Shown here piece after piece: positions 26,115 to 35,377 of a stretch of 64,000 nucleotides of DNA (the stretch's first letter is position 1; every line of letters begins with the position of its first letter). Source of the stretch: a virus; the IMG/VR virus record IMGVR_UViG_3300047550_006186. One strand, given 5' to 3'. Below the pieces are notes generated by a model that had not been told where the DNA came from, did not search any database, and saw only the letters and a program-made list of their open reading frames with translations. The translations under genes were made by a program, and so were the position numbers.

Positions 26115-26743
26115 TGACTAATTTTATCCAGCTTGTAGACAAAACTGGTCACGCCTTTGAGCAAGTGATCCGCCAACACACCACCTATTTGCAATGCATT
26201 CCCACAGAGGATTTTGGTTGGACAAACTATAGATGGAGCAGCAGACAGTTTAGATTGGCACATGTGGAAAAATTCCAACAACCCAAGTTCAGTGTGTTGC
26301 ACATGGTGATATTTCCGCACGTTTACGATCCCAATCCTATTTTTGGATTTGATATTATTGCCAGCGACACAAAAGCCACAGGTGTATTTTTTGATCTTAG
26401 TCCCACTGTGGGACCAAGCTGCCAATTGTCTACTCAAACATGGCAAGATCCTAGAAATCGACCAGAATGGGGAGATATTTTCAGTGATTATTGGATAGCA
26501 TGTAGACCCTCCTTGGATGAAGCCCAACAAATCTGTAATTTGGCTGTGGACACATTACACCAATATCTGATTGATCTGAGTACAACTGCCAGCAGTTCCA
26601 AGATCAGAGATATAATTCAAGCACAAAATAGATACAGTCTACAACAGCGCAAAAATGAACACACTACCCGTGTGATCCTAAAACTTTTGGGAGAACAAAA
26701 AGGCCAACATTTTATTGAAAACATCCTGTTTCCCACCATTTGA
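26114..26743 (+). CDS. Ferredoxin-dependent bilin reductase (PebS/PcyA/PcyX family)
   Basis: FDBR family segment KFSVLHMVIFPHVYDPNPIFGFDIIASDTKATGVFFDLSP; ATGA overlap with ho1. Confidence 0.7.
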   Translation: MTNFIQLVDKTGHAFEQVIRQHTTYLQCIPTEDFGWTNYRWSSRQFRLAHVEKFQQPKFSVLHMVIFPHVYDPNPIFGFDIIASDTKATGVFFDLSPTVGPSCQLSTQTWQDPRNRPEWGDIFSDYWIACRPSLDEAQQICNLAVDTLHQYLIDLSTTASSSKIRDIIQAQNRYSLQQRKNEHTTRVILKLLGEQKGQHFIENILFPTI

Positions 26744-26986
26744 CACACTTGTCAACTATTGGCACAGGGCGGGGCTGGGATTTGGATACAGATGACCTTT
26801 TGTCTATTTGTGAGAGGTATTGGTGACATGCATTGCACATGCCCCATTCTTCCCCAGGGAACATATTAAAATTCCTGAGATGCAACAAGTGTGGGACAGC
26901 AGTTAAATGTTGCTGCCAGAAATCTGGCCTACTGCAGAGTGACATAATGCTTGTAATATGACAAAAACAGTTTATATTAGCCCTAC

Positions 26987-28411
26987 ATGCACGGAGTACC
27001 AGAAATGAAAAATGTCAACAAAACACATACTAAATCAGTGGACAGGGACGTTGCAAAGATCTACTTGCAGGAAGTGAGTCAAAACAAACTGCTCACTCAT
27101 GCACAAGAAATTGAACTCAGTCAGCAAATTGAAAATGCCAAACAGAATTTGATAGGTGTATTGTTTGCTATTCCCATGTGTGTGAAATATTTTAATCAAC
27201 AGATCATGTTGATTCTCAATGGCACAAGTGATGATTGTGTGGCATTTGATTGGGAAACAGTCAACAGTCAAAGCTTGATGCAAGAGATCACACATTTACA
27301 TGACATAATTGAATTGTATATGCAAAACAATTGTGTGGATTTGAATGCCAGGTTGCAAATTGGTGAAAAAATCAGCCAACTGCCTCTCAAGCTGGCATTT
27401 TTTGATATTGCCAGCAAGCCATTGCTGGACAAAGGCAGCAAATTGAGCCAAGTGCAGGGAGAATTCATGCGATTTGCTGCCAAACATAATATTAGCCGAC
27501 AGGTGTTTTTGGACAATCATTTGGAGCGTGTGCCTTGTTCCACATGGCAATCTTTTGTTGCCACACATGAATGTGTGGTGAAAAACTATCAACAACAAAT
27601 TACAGCCATTTGTGAACCCACTGGTTTGACTGTCAGTGAATTGACCACTGCGCTGGAAAAAATCAGGCAGTGGCAGAAAATCAAAGACAATAGTGTGGAA
27701 ACCATGCTCAAAAGCAACCTACGTTTGGTGGTAAGTGTGGCCAAAAAATATATCAGTGTGAGCAACACTCCCATGTTGGATCTTGTGCAAGAAGGCAATA
27801 TGGGACTGCTCAAGGCTATTGAAAAATACAATTGGAGACTGGGTTATAGATTCAGCACATATGCAACTTGGTGGATCAAGCAATGTGTACTCAAAGCCCT
27901 AAATGAACAACATCGTATCATTCGTGTGCCCAGTCACATGACACAACTGGTCAAAAGAGTGGGCAGAGCACAGGAAGAATTTTTAGCTTCGCATGGTTAT
28001 GAAGCTGGTATAGACGATCTAGCACAAATATTGGAAGTGGACTGTGAACAAATCCGCAAAGTATACACAGTTGCCCAGGGCACCATCAGCTTGGAAACAC
28101 CTATTGGTCAGGAAGAAGATCAGAACCTAGGCAGTGTGTTGGAAGATGTGGATCATGTTAACGCTTTTGACCTATTGGCACATGTGGATGCTCAAGAAAA
28201 CATGAGCAAAATATTGGCTCTACTCACTCCCAAAGAAGAGCGTGTGATTCGCATGCGATTTGGTATTGGCCTGGATAAAGAAAGCACTTTGGAAGACATC
28301 GGCACTGTGATGGGTGTCACACGAGAACGTATTAGGCAAATTGAACTCAAAGCTTTGCAAAAGCTCAAAAGCCCTGAATTTGCCGATAAAATTCAACAGG
28401 CCTGGCAGTGA
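26987..28411 (+). CDS. Sigma-70 family (group 1/2-like) RNA polymerase sigma factor
   Basis: Region 1.2 (AKIYLQEVSQNKLLTHAQEIEL), region 2 (NLRLVVSVAKKYISVSNTPMLDLVQEGNMGLLKAIEKYNWRLGYRFSTYATWWIKQ), region 3 (IRVPSHMTQLVKRV), region 4.2 (LEDIGTVMGVTRERIRQIELKALQKL); likely start ATG 27005 after GGAG. Confidence 0.85.
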   Translation: MHGVPEMKNVNKTHTKSVDRDVAKIYLQEVSQNKLLTHAQEIELSQQIENAKQNLIGVLFAIPMCVKYFNQQIMLILNGTSDDCVAFDWETVNSQSLMQEITHLHDIIELYMQNNCVDLNARLQIGEKISQLPLKLAFFDIASKPLLDKGSKLSQVQGEFMRFAAKHNISRQVFLDNHLERVPCSTWQSFVATHECVVKNYQQQITAICEPTGLTVSELTTALEKIRQWQKIKDNSVETMLKSNLRLVVSVAKKYISVSNTPMLDLVQEGNMGLLKAIEKYNWRLGYRFSTYATWWIKQCVLKALNEQHRIIRVPSHMTQLVKRVGRAQEEFLASHGYEAGIDDLAQILEVDCEQIRKVYTVAQGTISLETPIGQEEDQNLGSVLEDVDHVNAFDLLAHVDAQENMSKILALLTPKEERVIRMRFGIGLDKESTLEDIGTVMGVTRERIRQIELKALQKLKSPEFADKIQQAWQ

Positions 28412-28418
28412 ACCACTG

Positions 28419-28441
28419 TGGGCCCCTTGGGCCCACAGCCT
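28419..28441 (+). terminator. Hairpin after sigma-factor gene (no U-tract)
   Basis: ctgtgggcc-cctt-ggcccacag. Confidence 0.3.
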
Positions 28442-28496
28442 CATGTTCCAACTGTTAATTTTGACAGTGTGCAATATTATATTGCACACTCTTCAC

Positions 28497-28742
28497 ATGC
28501 GTAAACGTATTATGGGGTCTACCTCTGCTCAAGCCAAAAAACCTGCCAATAAAACTCTAGTGTATTGTACTCTCAATGATAGCAAATGCAAGGGACTGAT
28601 TGTTCTCAAAACTGAATATCAGCTCACAGTACAAATGCCCACTGGGTGTGTTTTGCACATGGTTCGCCCACAAGGACGCAAACTGTATGTGTGTTATGCA
28701 GGTCAACTGGAATTTGTCAGTGATGGATGGGCTACAACCTAG
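28497..28742 (+). CDS. Hypothetical small basic protein (81 aa)
   Basis: ATG in frame of ORF 28314..28742; preceded by perfect palindrome gtgcaatat-tat-atattgcac (28468-28488). Confidence 0.35.
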   Translation: MRKRIMGSTSAQAKKPANKTLVYCTLNDSKCKGLIVLKTEYQLTVQMPTGCVLHMVRPQGRKLYVCYAGQLEFVSDGWATT

Positions 28743-28783
28743 TGAACTACCACACCCTAATGGTGTGGTAGTTCACTCAGTGT
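28741..28783. repeat. GTGAACTACCAC palindromic repeat (15-bp perfect hairpin)
   Basis: gtgaactaccacacc-ctaat-ggtgtggtagttcac; family shared with IS element A right end. Confidence 0.6.
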
Positions 28784-28877
28784 TTGATTGCTTTAACCCA
28801 ACCGCCGCAGGATGGCAAGCCGAACAACTAAATAATGGCATGATAGCCACCTTTATAGTTGATTCGCACTGTTTGTC

Positions 28878-29285
28878 ATGACACAACAGTTGATAGAAAA
28901 CACCACAGGATATTACAGCATAGATGCAAGTATGAAATATGTACTGCCTTTTGAATGTGTATTGGGTGAGAAACTTGTGTTTACCGCAGCTCATAGTAAT
29001 TTTTTCAAAAATCAAAATTGGAGTATGCGGTTTTGGATAAGCAAGATCAAAGATGGTGTGAGTATCACTCAAGAGCCTCAGGCCAATTTGGCTTATGTGA
29101 ATCCTCTCAAATTACCAGTGAATTTTGGTGTTTATGATGTGACTTGGTATACTCAACCCACGCGCGATCAGGAAGTATGGCTGGCACCAGTAGCGCCAGC
29201 CATTACGTATTACCTCAACATTCAGAATTTGGAAAATAGACCCAATGGATTTTACCTAGTTTGGTCTAGTATACCCATTGATTGA
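28878..29285 (+). CDS. Hypothetical protein (135 aa)
   Basis: ORF track. Confidence 0.45.
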   Translation: MTQQLIENTTGYYSIDASMKYVLPFECVLGEKLVFTAAHSNFFKNQNWSMRFWISKIKDGVSITQEPQANLAYVNPLKLPVNFGVYDVTWYTQPTRDQEVWLAPVAPAITYYLNIQNLENRPNGFYLVWSSIPID

Positions 29286-29295
29286 ATGTACGGTC

Positions 29296-30030
29296 TCAGC
29301 TGTTAATTTTGTGGGGGTCCACTCCCAATTTGGCCAATACTTCAATAGCAGTATTCATATCTTCCAAGCTGGGCAACTGTGTGCGTGGATGGGATTTTTT
29401 AAGTCCAGTCTCCAGTTGCTTGAGAGCTCTAGTCAACGCTCCTCTGCGTGCACTTTCGCTATCCACAGGGCTGGTTGGTTTGTATGCTTCTGCCATTTTG
29501 TGTGGCCATTTGCTGGGATCACTCCAATTGATATCATCTGACTTTTTGGGTTGGACCAGACTGAGCACGAGTTTTTTGTCATCATCATTCAAGGGTTCTG
29601 CAAATGTTCCACCCAGGTGTACCAACTTGTCTGCCAGTGCGCTCAGCTTGTTGGCAGTTGCATCATGTGTGATACTGGGCAATCGGACAAATATCTTTTG
29701 GCCCAATTTCACCAATTGAGCAGTTGTATAAGGAAAATCCACGTTTTCTTGAACAGGTTCATGAGTGCCTTCGTTGAGTGTGGCACTGACCACATCATAC
29801 TCTAGATTGCTGGCCACGCATTCTAGATATTCAGCTGCTAGTGTGATTTTGGCTTGCATCCAACTTTCTAAATTGTCTACCATTTTGAGCAATTTGTGAA
29901 TTTCCATGGCATTTTTGGCTGCTTTGTAGCATTGCGCCTGTGACATTGATATTTCGTGGTCATCATGGATGATCACTTTGGGTTCAACTTGTACGTCTGT
30001 TACTTGCATTTGTGGATTCATGACATCCAT
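29296..30030 (-). CDS. Hypothetical protein (244 aa)
   Basis: ORF track; GGAGA SD on minus strand. Confidence 0.5.
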   Translation of the reverse strand: MDVMNPQMQVTDVQVEPKVIIHDDHEISMSQAQCYKAAKNAMEIHKLLKMVDNLESWMQAKITLAAEYLECVASNLEYDVVSATLNEGTHEPVQENVDFPYTTAQLVKLGQKIFVRLPSITHDATANKLSALADKLVHLGGTFAEPLNDDDKKLVLSLVQPKKSDDINWSDPSKWPHKMAEAYKPTSPVDSESARRGALTRALKQLETGLKKSHPRTQLPSLEDMNTAIEVLAKLGVDPHKINS

Positions 30031-30078
30031 GGTTGTCTCCGGAGAATTTGTAGGTTTTGTGAAGTTATTTATTTATTT

Positions 30079-30379
30079 CTGCGAGCGGAAGACCACTGGC
30101 TTGTCAAGCCAGTGGATGGATAGCGAGTGGATAAATTATTTTTGATATATTGCATTTCTTTCAATTTCACAGCATAAATAAGCTGTCACTTTAACAAGTG
30201 GACTAGGGCAGGAAGTGCCCAGTACGCCTGTGGAGTCCGATCAGACCTGTGGGGCTGGTGGTTGTGCTAGGACGCACATAAAACCCCAGAAATGGGGCAC
30301 GCGATAACCAAGCACACAAACCCCACGGGCAAGGACTACGACGCAGGAAGCTACAGTCCTTTAGGGCGTAGTACTTCAC
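30079..30379 (+). mobile_element. About 300-bp MITE related to IS element A (diverged LE + shared interior + RE)
   Basis: gcgagcggaagaccactgg...gccagtggatggatagcgag (LE-like), interior ggactagggcaggaagtgcc, RE cgcaggaagctacagtcctttagggcgtagtacttcac. Confidence 0.45.
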
Positions 30380-30438
30380 ATCGCTCAATTGACTGTGTTC
30401 GATTCACAGCAGACCCACCATTTTTTCATAAGTAGCTG

Positions 30439-31044
30439 ATGAACATTTGTGCATTGGCATTGGTGTTACTGCTGGATGTAAGCAGCAGTGTGACTCCCGA
30501 ACGTTATGCTTTACAAAAACAGGGGTTGTTGACAAGCTTTCAAGATCCCAGCATACAAAGATTGATGCTCAGTCAAAATCCTGGAGGCATGGCTGTGACA
30601 GTTTTTGAATGGAGCACAGGAGCACAACAGGTAATCCCCTGGCATCACATTCAAACTCCAACTGATGTGGAGAAATTTGTTGAGCAGATCAACAATTTAG
30701 ATAGAGCCCAAGTTGATGGAGTCACAGCCATAGGCGTGGCACTGGAAGCAGGTATTGCCAGCTTGGAACAAGCACCATGTGTGCCTGAAAGAAAAATACT
30801 GGATGTGAGTGGAGATGGTGCCAACAACAGCGGCATTGATCCATCGCACTTGCGAGACCAGGCCCAAACTCAAGGCATAACGATAAATGGTTTGCCAATT
30901 TTGAATCCAAATGAACCTGACCTTGAAATTCATTATAGGAAACAGGTTGTCACCATGGATGGTTTTGTGATAGCCAGCGAAGGGTTTGAAGATTTTGCTA
31001 GAGCATTGCGACGCAAACTCATACTGGAAATAGCTGGGCAATAA
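30439..31044 (+). CDS. DUF1194 / vWA-like domain protein
   Basis: LALVLLLDVSSSV (MIDAS-like DxSxS) and DVSGDGANNSG. Confidence 0.55.
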   Translation: MNICALALVLLLDVSSSVTPERYALQKQGLLTSFQDPSIQRLMLSQNPGGMAVTVFEWSTGAQQVIPWHHIQTPTDVEKFVEQINNLDRAQVDGVTAIGVALEAGIASLEQAPCVPERKILDVSGDGANNSGIDPSHLRDQAQTQGITINGLPILNPNEPDLEIHYRKQVVTMDGFVIASEGFEDFARALRRKLILEIAGQ

Positions 31045-31201
31045 ATAAGCAAATGGCAATGACTTTTGCACAAGTTAAAGAAAACAAACTGGTCAGACGT
31101 TTGACACTGATTGGGTCAGTGTGTGGAGCCCTCATGGCAATCTACAACTTTGGCGATGTATGGGACAAACTGGGTCTTCCCAGACCAATTTTTGTTCAAG
31201 A

Positions 31202-31644
31202 GTATTACATATTTTCATTCATTTCGCAAGTGTTTGTATGCAATTATTAAAAACCAATAAAAGATACATATGATTACCTATTTGGCTGATTCCTTGAATT
31301 CAAGGAAATCAATTTAGACTACTTGATTCAGTTATAAATCATTGGGGTAGACGAAATCAATTCTGGCGAGTGGGCTTGGCCCAGCAACGGATAGAACATG
31401 CATGCGAAGAAAACGGCGTCCGGTTAACTCGCGTACATGCAGCATACACATCGCAAACTTGCAGTGCATGCGGGGTCAAACACAAGCAATCGCGCCAAGG
31501 CGAACGATTCTCGTGTTTGAGTTGTGGATATGAAGTAGATGCCGACTTGAATGGCGCTATCAATATCCGCAACAGAGGAGCATATAGTCCCTCTGTTAAA
31601 AAAATATAAGATCATTTATAGAAATATATGATCTCAATAACTAT
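31202..31644 (+). mobile_element. Internally deleted copy of IS200/IS605-family element B
   Basis: LE (gtattacatattttcattcatttcgcaag...) and RE (...aacagagggactatatgctcctctgtt...ctcaataactat) identical to element at 48641-50029 in inverse orientation; retains only last 79 codons of tnpB. Confidence 0.6.
31370..31609 (+). pseudogene. tnpB: TnpB C-terminal fragment (79 aa)
   Basis: 77/79 identical to C-terminus of ORF 48676..49794. Confidence 0.6.
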
Positions 31645-31711
31645 ATACTTTTAAAGATTTAGTCTTTGAAATGTGTGAAGTGGGAATGCAAAGATTGATT
31701 GGAGATAAAAA

Positions 31712-32941
31712 ATGAGCAAGCTCTTATTAGAAATGGGTGATCACTATGTAAGTGATTTCATTAAGAATGATAGTGAAGGTGAAGGTCGCAAGAAATATAG
31801 TCTAGACTTGTACCAAGACGAAAAATATGGCGCAGTGCGTCTTCATTGTATCGCACCAGCAGATACTATGTGGGGACAGTATTGGTATCGCAGTGGTATC
31901 AATGAAAGCATGATAAAAGAATTGCAAGGCATTGTTGCAGAAGTAACATCAAGAGTTAAGACTAAAGATGGTGATATCTGGCTTGACATTGCATGTAACG
32001 ACGGCACACTATTAAAGAACGTTCCAGACAACATGATCAAGCTTGGTATTGATCCGTGTGATGACAGCTATCATGTAGAGAGTTCTAAAGTTGCAAATAA
32101 GGTTGTTCAGGACTATTTCAGCTATGATGCATGGATTAAAACTGGTTACGGTGATGCTAAAGCTAAAATCATTACTTGCATTGCGATGTTCTACGACTTA
32201 GATGATCCAGTTCCATTCGTACAAGACTTGTATAAAGTCCTTGATGACAATGGTACACTAGTTTTACAAATGAGCTATACACCATTGATGGTGAAGCAGC
32301 TTGCGTTTGACAATATCTGCCATGAACACGTTTTCTATTACGACTTGAAGAGTATAACTAGACTCTTTGCTGAGAATGGATTTATAGTTGTTGACTGTAG
32401 CCTTAACGATACCAACGGCGGAAGCTTTAGAGTGTATCTCCAAAAGGATGTTGCAGAAGTTTCTAGCTTTGCTACAGCACCTTTGCGTGACGTATGCAAT
32501 TTCAGAGTGAACAGTATTCTAGCATATGAAAGAATGGAGAACGATATCTCTGATCCAGAGACATGGAAACACTTTGGCGAAAGACTTGCTGCACTGAAGA
32601 CTCAAGTTGTTTCGTTTGTACATCAAGCCGTCAAAGAAGGCAAAACGGTCTATGGGTATGGCGCAAGCACTAAGGGCAATACATTGCTCCAGTACTTTGG
32701 CCTAGATCACAACTACATTACTGCTATTGCAGAACGTAGCCCATATAAATTCGGCATGAAGACTATTGGCACTAACATTCCAATTATCAGTGAAGAAGTA
32801 ATGCGCCTGGCAAAGCCAGACTACATGCTAGTATTGCCTTGGCACTTCATTGACGAATTCGAAAAGCGTGAACAAGAATACTTGAAGGGCGGCGGTACAT
32901 TCATTGTTCCTTGTCCTGAATTTAAATTGATCGTAGGTTAA
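31712..32941 (+). CDS. SAM-dependent C-methyltransferase (NDP-hexose C-methyltransferase-like)
   Basis: SAM motif LDIACNDGTLL plus C-methyltransferase C-terminal domain (HEHVFYY, LPWHF); low-GC island. Confidence 0.6.
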   Translation: MSKLLLEMGDHYVSDFIKNDSEGEGRKKYSLDLYQDEKYGAVRLHCIAPADTMWGQYWYRSGINESMIKELQGIVAEVTSRVKTKDGDIWLDIACNDGTLLKNVPDNMIKLGIDPCDDSYHVESSKVANKVVQDYFSYDAWIKTGYGDAKAKIITCIAMFYDLDDPVPFVQDLYKVLDDNGTLVLQMSYTPLMVKQLAFDNICHEHVFYYDLKSITRLFAENGFIVVDCSLNDTNGGSFRVYLQKDVAEVSSFATAPLRDVCNFRVNSILAYERMENDISDPETWKHFGERLAALKTQVVSFVHQAVKEGKTVYGYGASTKGNTLLQYFGLDHNYITAIAERSPYKFGMKTIGTNIPIISEEVMRLAKPDYMLVLPWHFIDEFEKREQEYLKGGGTFIVPCPEFKLIVG

Positions 32942-32942
32942 C

Positions 32943-33581
32943 ATGTATAACGTTATCACTTCTGTAGGAAGACTACAGAATATTTCACTGATCAAGAATC
33001 ACATTCAGCCTCAGAATATTCTTTGGCATGTGATTACTGATGAAGACATTGGATTTAGTTTAAAATTCGCTGAGCCATGGATAACAAGTTACGTATGTCC
33101 AAACGATCATGTAGAATTTTGGGCTAGATGCCATGGGGCATTGAATTGGTTTATTGAAACTCAAGAAATCAATGATGATGAAATGTATTGCTTTCTGAAT
33201 GACGATGATGGCTATGAGTCAGAATTCTTTAAAAAAGTGGATGCTGCTATTTTAGAAGTAAAGGCGAATTACAACGTGGATCCTGATGTGATTATCGTCA
33301 GTATGCAAAGAGGTGACACAACACCAAGCGATGCAGGTGCAGAAAGACAACATGGAACGGATACTTTATTTGCACATCCTGATAATATGAGACCTGGTCG
33401 TGTTGGACTTGAGCAACTTATAATTCGTGGTAAGTTATTGAAAAAATATAGACTTGCTATGGATATTAATGGTGATGGTATATTCATCAGTCAAGTTACA
33501 CAAGACAATCCTTTTACATGTGCACCAAACATCAATGTGCTATTTAATTACTTTGAGCCAGGACGTTGGAATAAGAAATGA
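32943..33581 (+). CDS. Hypothetical protein, possibly nucleotide-sugar transferase-like
   Basis: DDD-containing segment CFLNDDDGYESEF; same low-GC operon; weak. Confidence 0.35.
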   Translation: MYNVITSVGRLQNISLIKNHIQPQNILWHVITDEDIGFSLKFAEPWITSYVCPNDHVEFWARCHGALNWFIETQEINDDEMYCFLNDDDGYESEFFKKVDAAILEVKANYNVDPDVIIVSMQRGDTTPSDAGAERQHGTDTLFAHPDNMRPGRVGLEQLIIRGKLLKKYRLAMDINGDGIFISQVTQDNPFTCAPNINVLFNYFEPGRWNKK

Positions 33582-34516
33582 AAAAGGTTGCGCTAGTTAG
33601 TGGACCAGTTCAGAATTGTGGCATATACTATTGGGGAACCAATGTGTATGCTATCCTCAAGAACAGCAAAAAATATTCATTCCATTTTATAACCGCATTT
33701 AGCCATTCCGAATTCTTAGAGAAGACTGAGAGTATGGACGTTATCATCTATAATTGGCATTCTAGTACTATGCCTTGGTGTACGTCAGAAATATTTACGG
33801 CAACATCAAAGCCACAATTCCTAATTCATGGACACACAGCAAATTCGGAACTGATTAATTTTGATGGCATTGACGAATTCATTACAGTAGCCCCAACACC
33901 AAATTACGGCACAAAAAACTTTCATTCTGGCCATAGACCCATAACATATTATGACGATATAGTGTATAATGAACCCAAGGGTGTAATAAAAATAGGCACT
34001 AGTGGCATAGGTCATAATGGTAAAAACATAGAGACAATGATGAACCTCATCAACAGTCAATTTGATGAACCCGTTATATTTAATGTTCACTGGAGTGTTG
34101 GCGCCTTTACTGGTTCTAATCGTGATACTCTAGAATCAAAACTGAAGCGTCTACATGCATTAGCAAAGCCAAATGTTACTTTAAATTTTACTCTAGAGCA
34201 GCTATCTGAATACGATAACATAAAGTGGCTAAACTCTAATGACATTAATTTGTATATCTACCCAAGCTATGACTGCGATGGTGTAAGTGCTAGTATAGAT
34301 AAAGCATTAGCAGCTAAGAAGCCTATTGGAGTAAACGACAGTAACTTCTTTAAGCACATCATCTCTGATGAAATTAATATAGGAAAGACACCAATAAAAT
34401 CTATAATTAGCAATGGCATAACTCCACTAATGAAATATTATGATATGTGGAATCCTAAAACATTCTTGGAACAATACGAAGGTATATTGGATGAATTTTA
34501 TAAGAAGACACTATAA
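33578..34516 (+). CDS. Hypothetical protein (312 aa) in sugar-modification-like cluster
   Basis: ATGA overlap with upstream gene; low GC. Confidence 0.4.
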   Translation: MKKVALVSGPVQNCGIYYWGTNVYAILKNSKKYSFHFITAFSHSEFLEKTESMDVIIYNWHSSTMPWCTSEIFTATSKPQFLIHGHTANSELINFDGIDEFITVAPTPNYGTKNFHSGHRPITYYDDIVYNEPKGVIKIGTSGIGHNGKNIETMMNLINSQFDEPVIFNVHWSVGAFTGSNRDTLESKLKRLHALAKPNVTLNFTLEQLSEYDNIKWLNSNDINLYIYPSYDCDGVSASIDKALAAKKPIGVNDSNFFKHIISDEINIGKTPIKSIISNGITPLMKYYDMWNPKTFLEQYEGILDEFYKKTL

Positions 34517-35177
34517 CAATTGGCCAGGCACTTGTTGTTACTCTTTCAATAAGAGCAATGTAATTAACGAAACTTTCAGTCAAGCATATCAAGACATATT
34601 TGTGCTTTCTGTATTAGATGGTAAGACTGACGGCAGATATCTAGAGATTGGCTGCAATGTTCCAGACTACACCAACAACACATATTTACTATCAAAAGAA
34701 TATAACTGGACAGGGGTTAGTGTTGACTGTATACAATCTCTGATTGATTCATGGTCAGTACAAAGAAGCAAAGATATCTTCAAAGTATGCGACGCACTTA
34801 CAGTAGATTTTGGCCAAATGATGGCTGAGAATTATGATGGTAGAAAAGTTTTAGACTATCTACAGTGCGACATTGAACCACCAGATAATACTCTGAGAGT
34901 TCTTAAGAGACTTCCTCATGATGAATACCGATTCAAAGTCATCACATTAGAAACGGATGCTTATACTGGTGCAGATGGTATGAGAGTTAGAAGAGAGAGT
35001 AGAGATTTTCTATCCAATCTAGGATACGAAATAATTGTCGGTGACGTATTAGTCGATGGCTGCAATCCATTTGAGGACTGGTGGGTAGCACCAGAACTAG
35101 TCAACATGGAAGTTGCGAACAATATCAAAGCACAAGCTTTAATCACACAGCATCCAGCACAGTTACTTTTCAAGTGA
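34491..35177 (+). CDS. FkbM-family-like methyltransferase
   Basis: QDIFVLSVLDGKTDGRYLEIGCNVP resembles FkbM N-terminal SAM-binding segment. Confidence 0.45.
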   Translation: MNFIRRHYNNWPGTCCYSFNKSNVINETFSQAYQDIFVLSVLDGKTDGRYLEIGCNVPDYTNNTYLLSKEYNWTGVSVDCIQSLIDSWSVQRSKDIFKVCDALTVDFGQMMAENYDGRKVLDYLQCDIEPPDNTLRVLKRLPHDEYRFKVITLETDAYTGADGMRVRRESRDFLSNLGYEIIVGDVLVDGCNPFEDWWVAPELVNMEVANNIKAQALITQHPAQLLFK

Positions 35178-35190
35178 ATTACACTAGGTG

Positions 35191-35232
35191 TACTACTGTT
35201 GGTCTAAAGACCAACAGTAGTACACCGAAAAA
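35191..35232. repeat. Perfect 19-bp-stem palindrome (variant of GTGAACTAC repeat family)
   Basis: ggtgtactactgttggtct-aa-agaccaacagtagtacacc. Confidence 0.55.
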
Positions 35233-35377
35233 TAAACTAGCTCAACAGATGGGTGGATTTCCAACTTATAATAAAATAAGTGATGGATAATTTATTAATC
35301 AATTTGTTGCAACATACCATTCTGCAACCATTGTTAATATAAACAAAATCTTATACGTTCACAATTAAAGTAACTTT

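Noticed and set aside
30203-30388. ORFs 30203..30388 (-), 41390..41662 (-), 48456..48644 (+), 62801..62986 (-), 25515 TTG-start extension of ho1
   Set aside because: They fall entirely within MITEs, a tRNA gene, IS ends or an upstream IS remnant, respectively.
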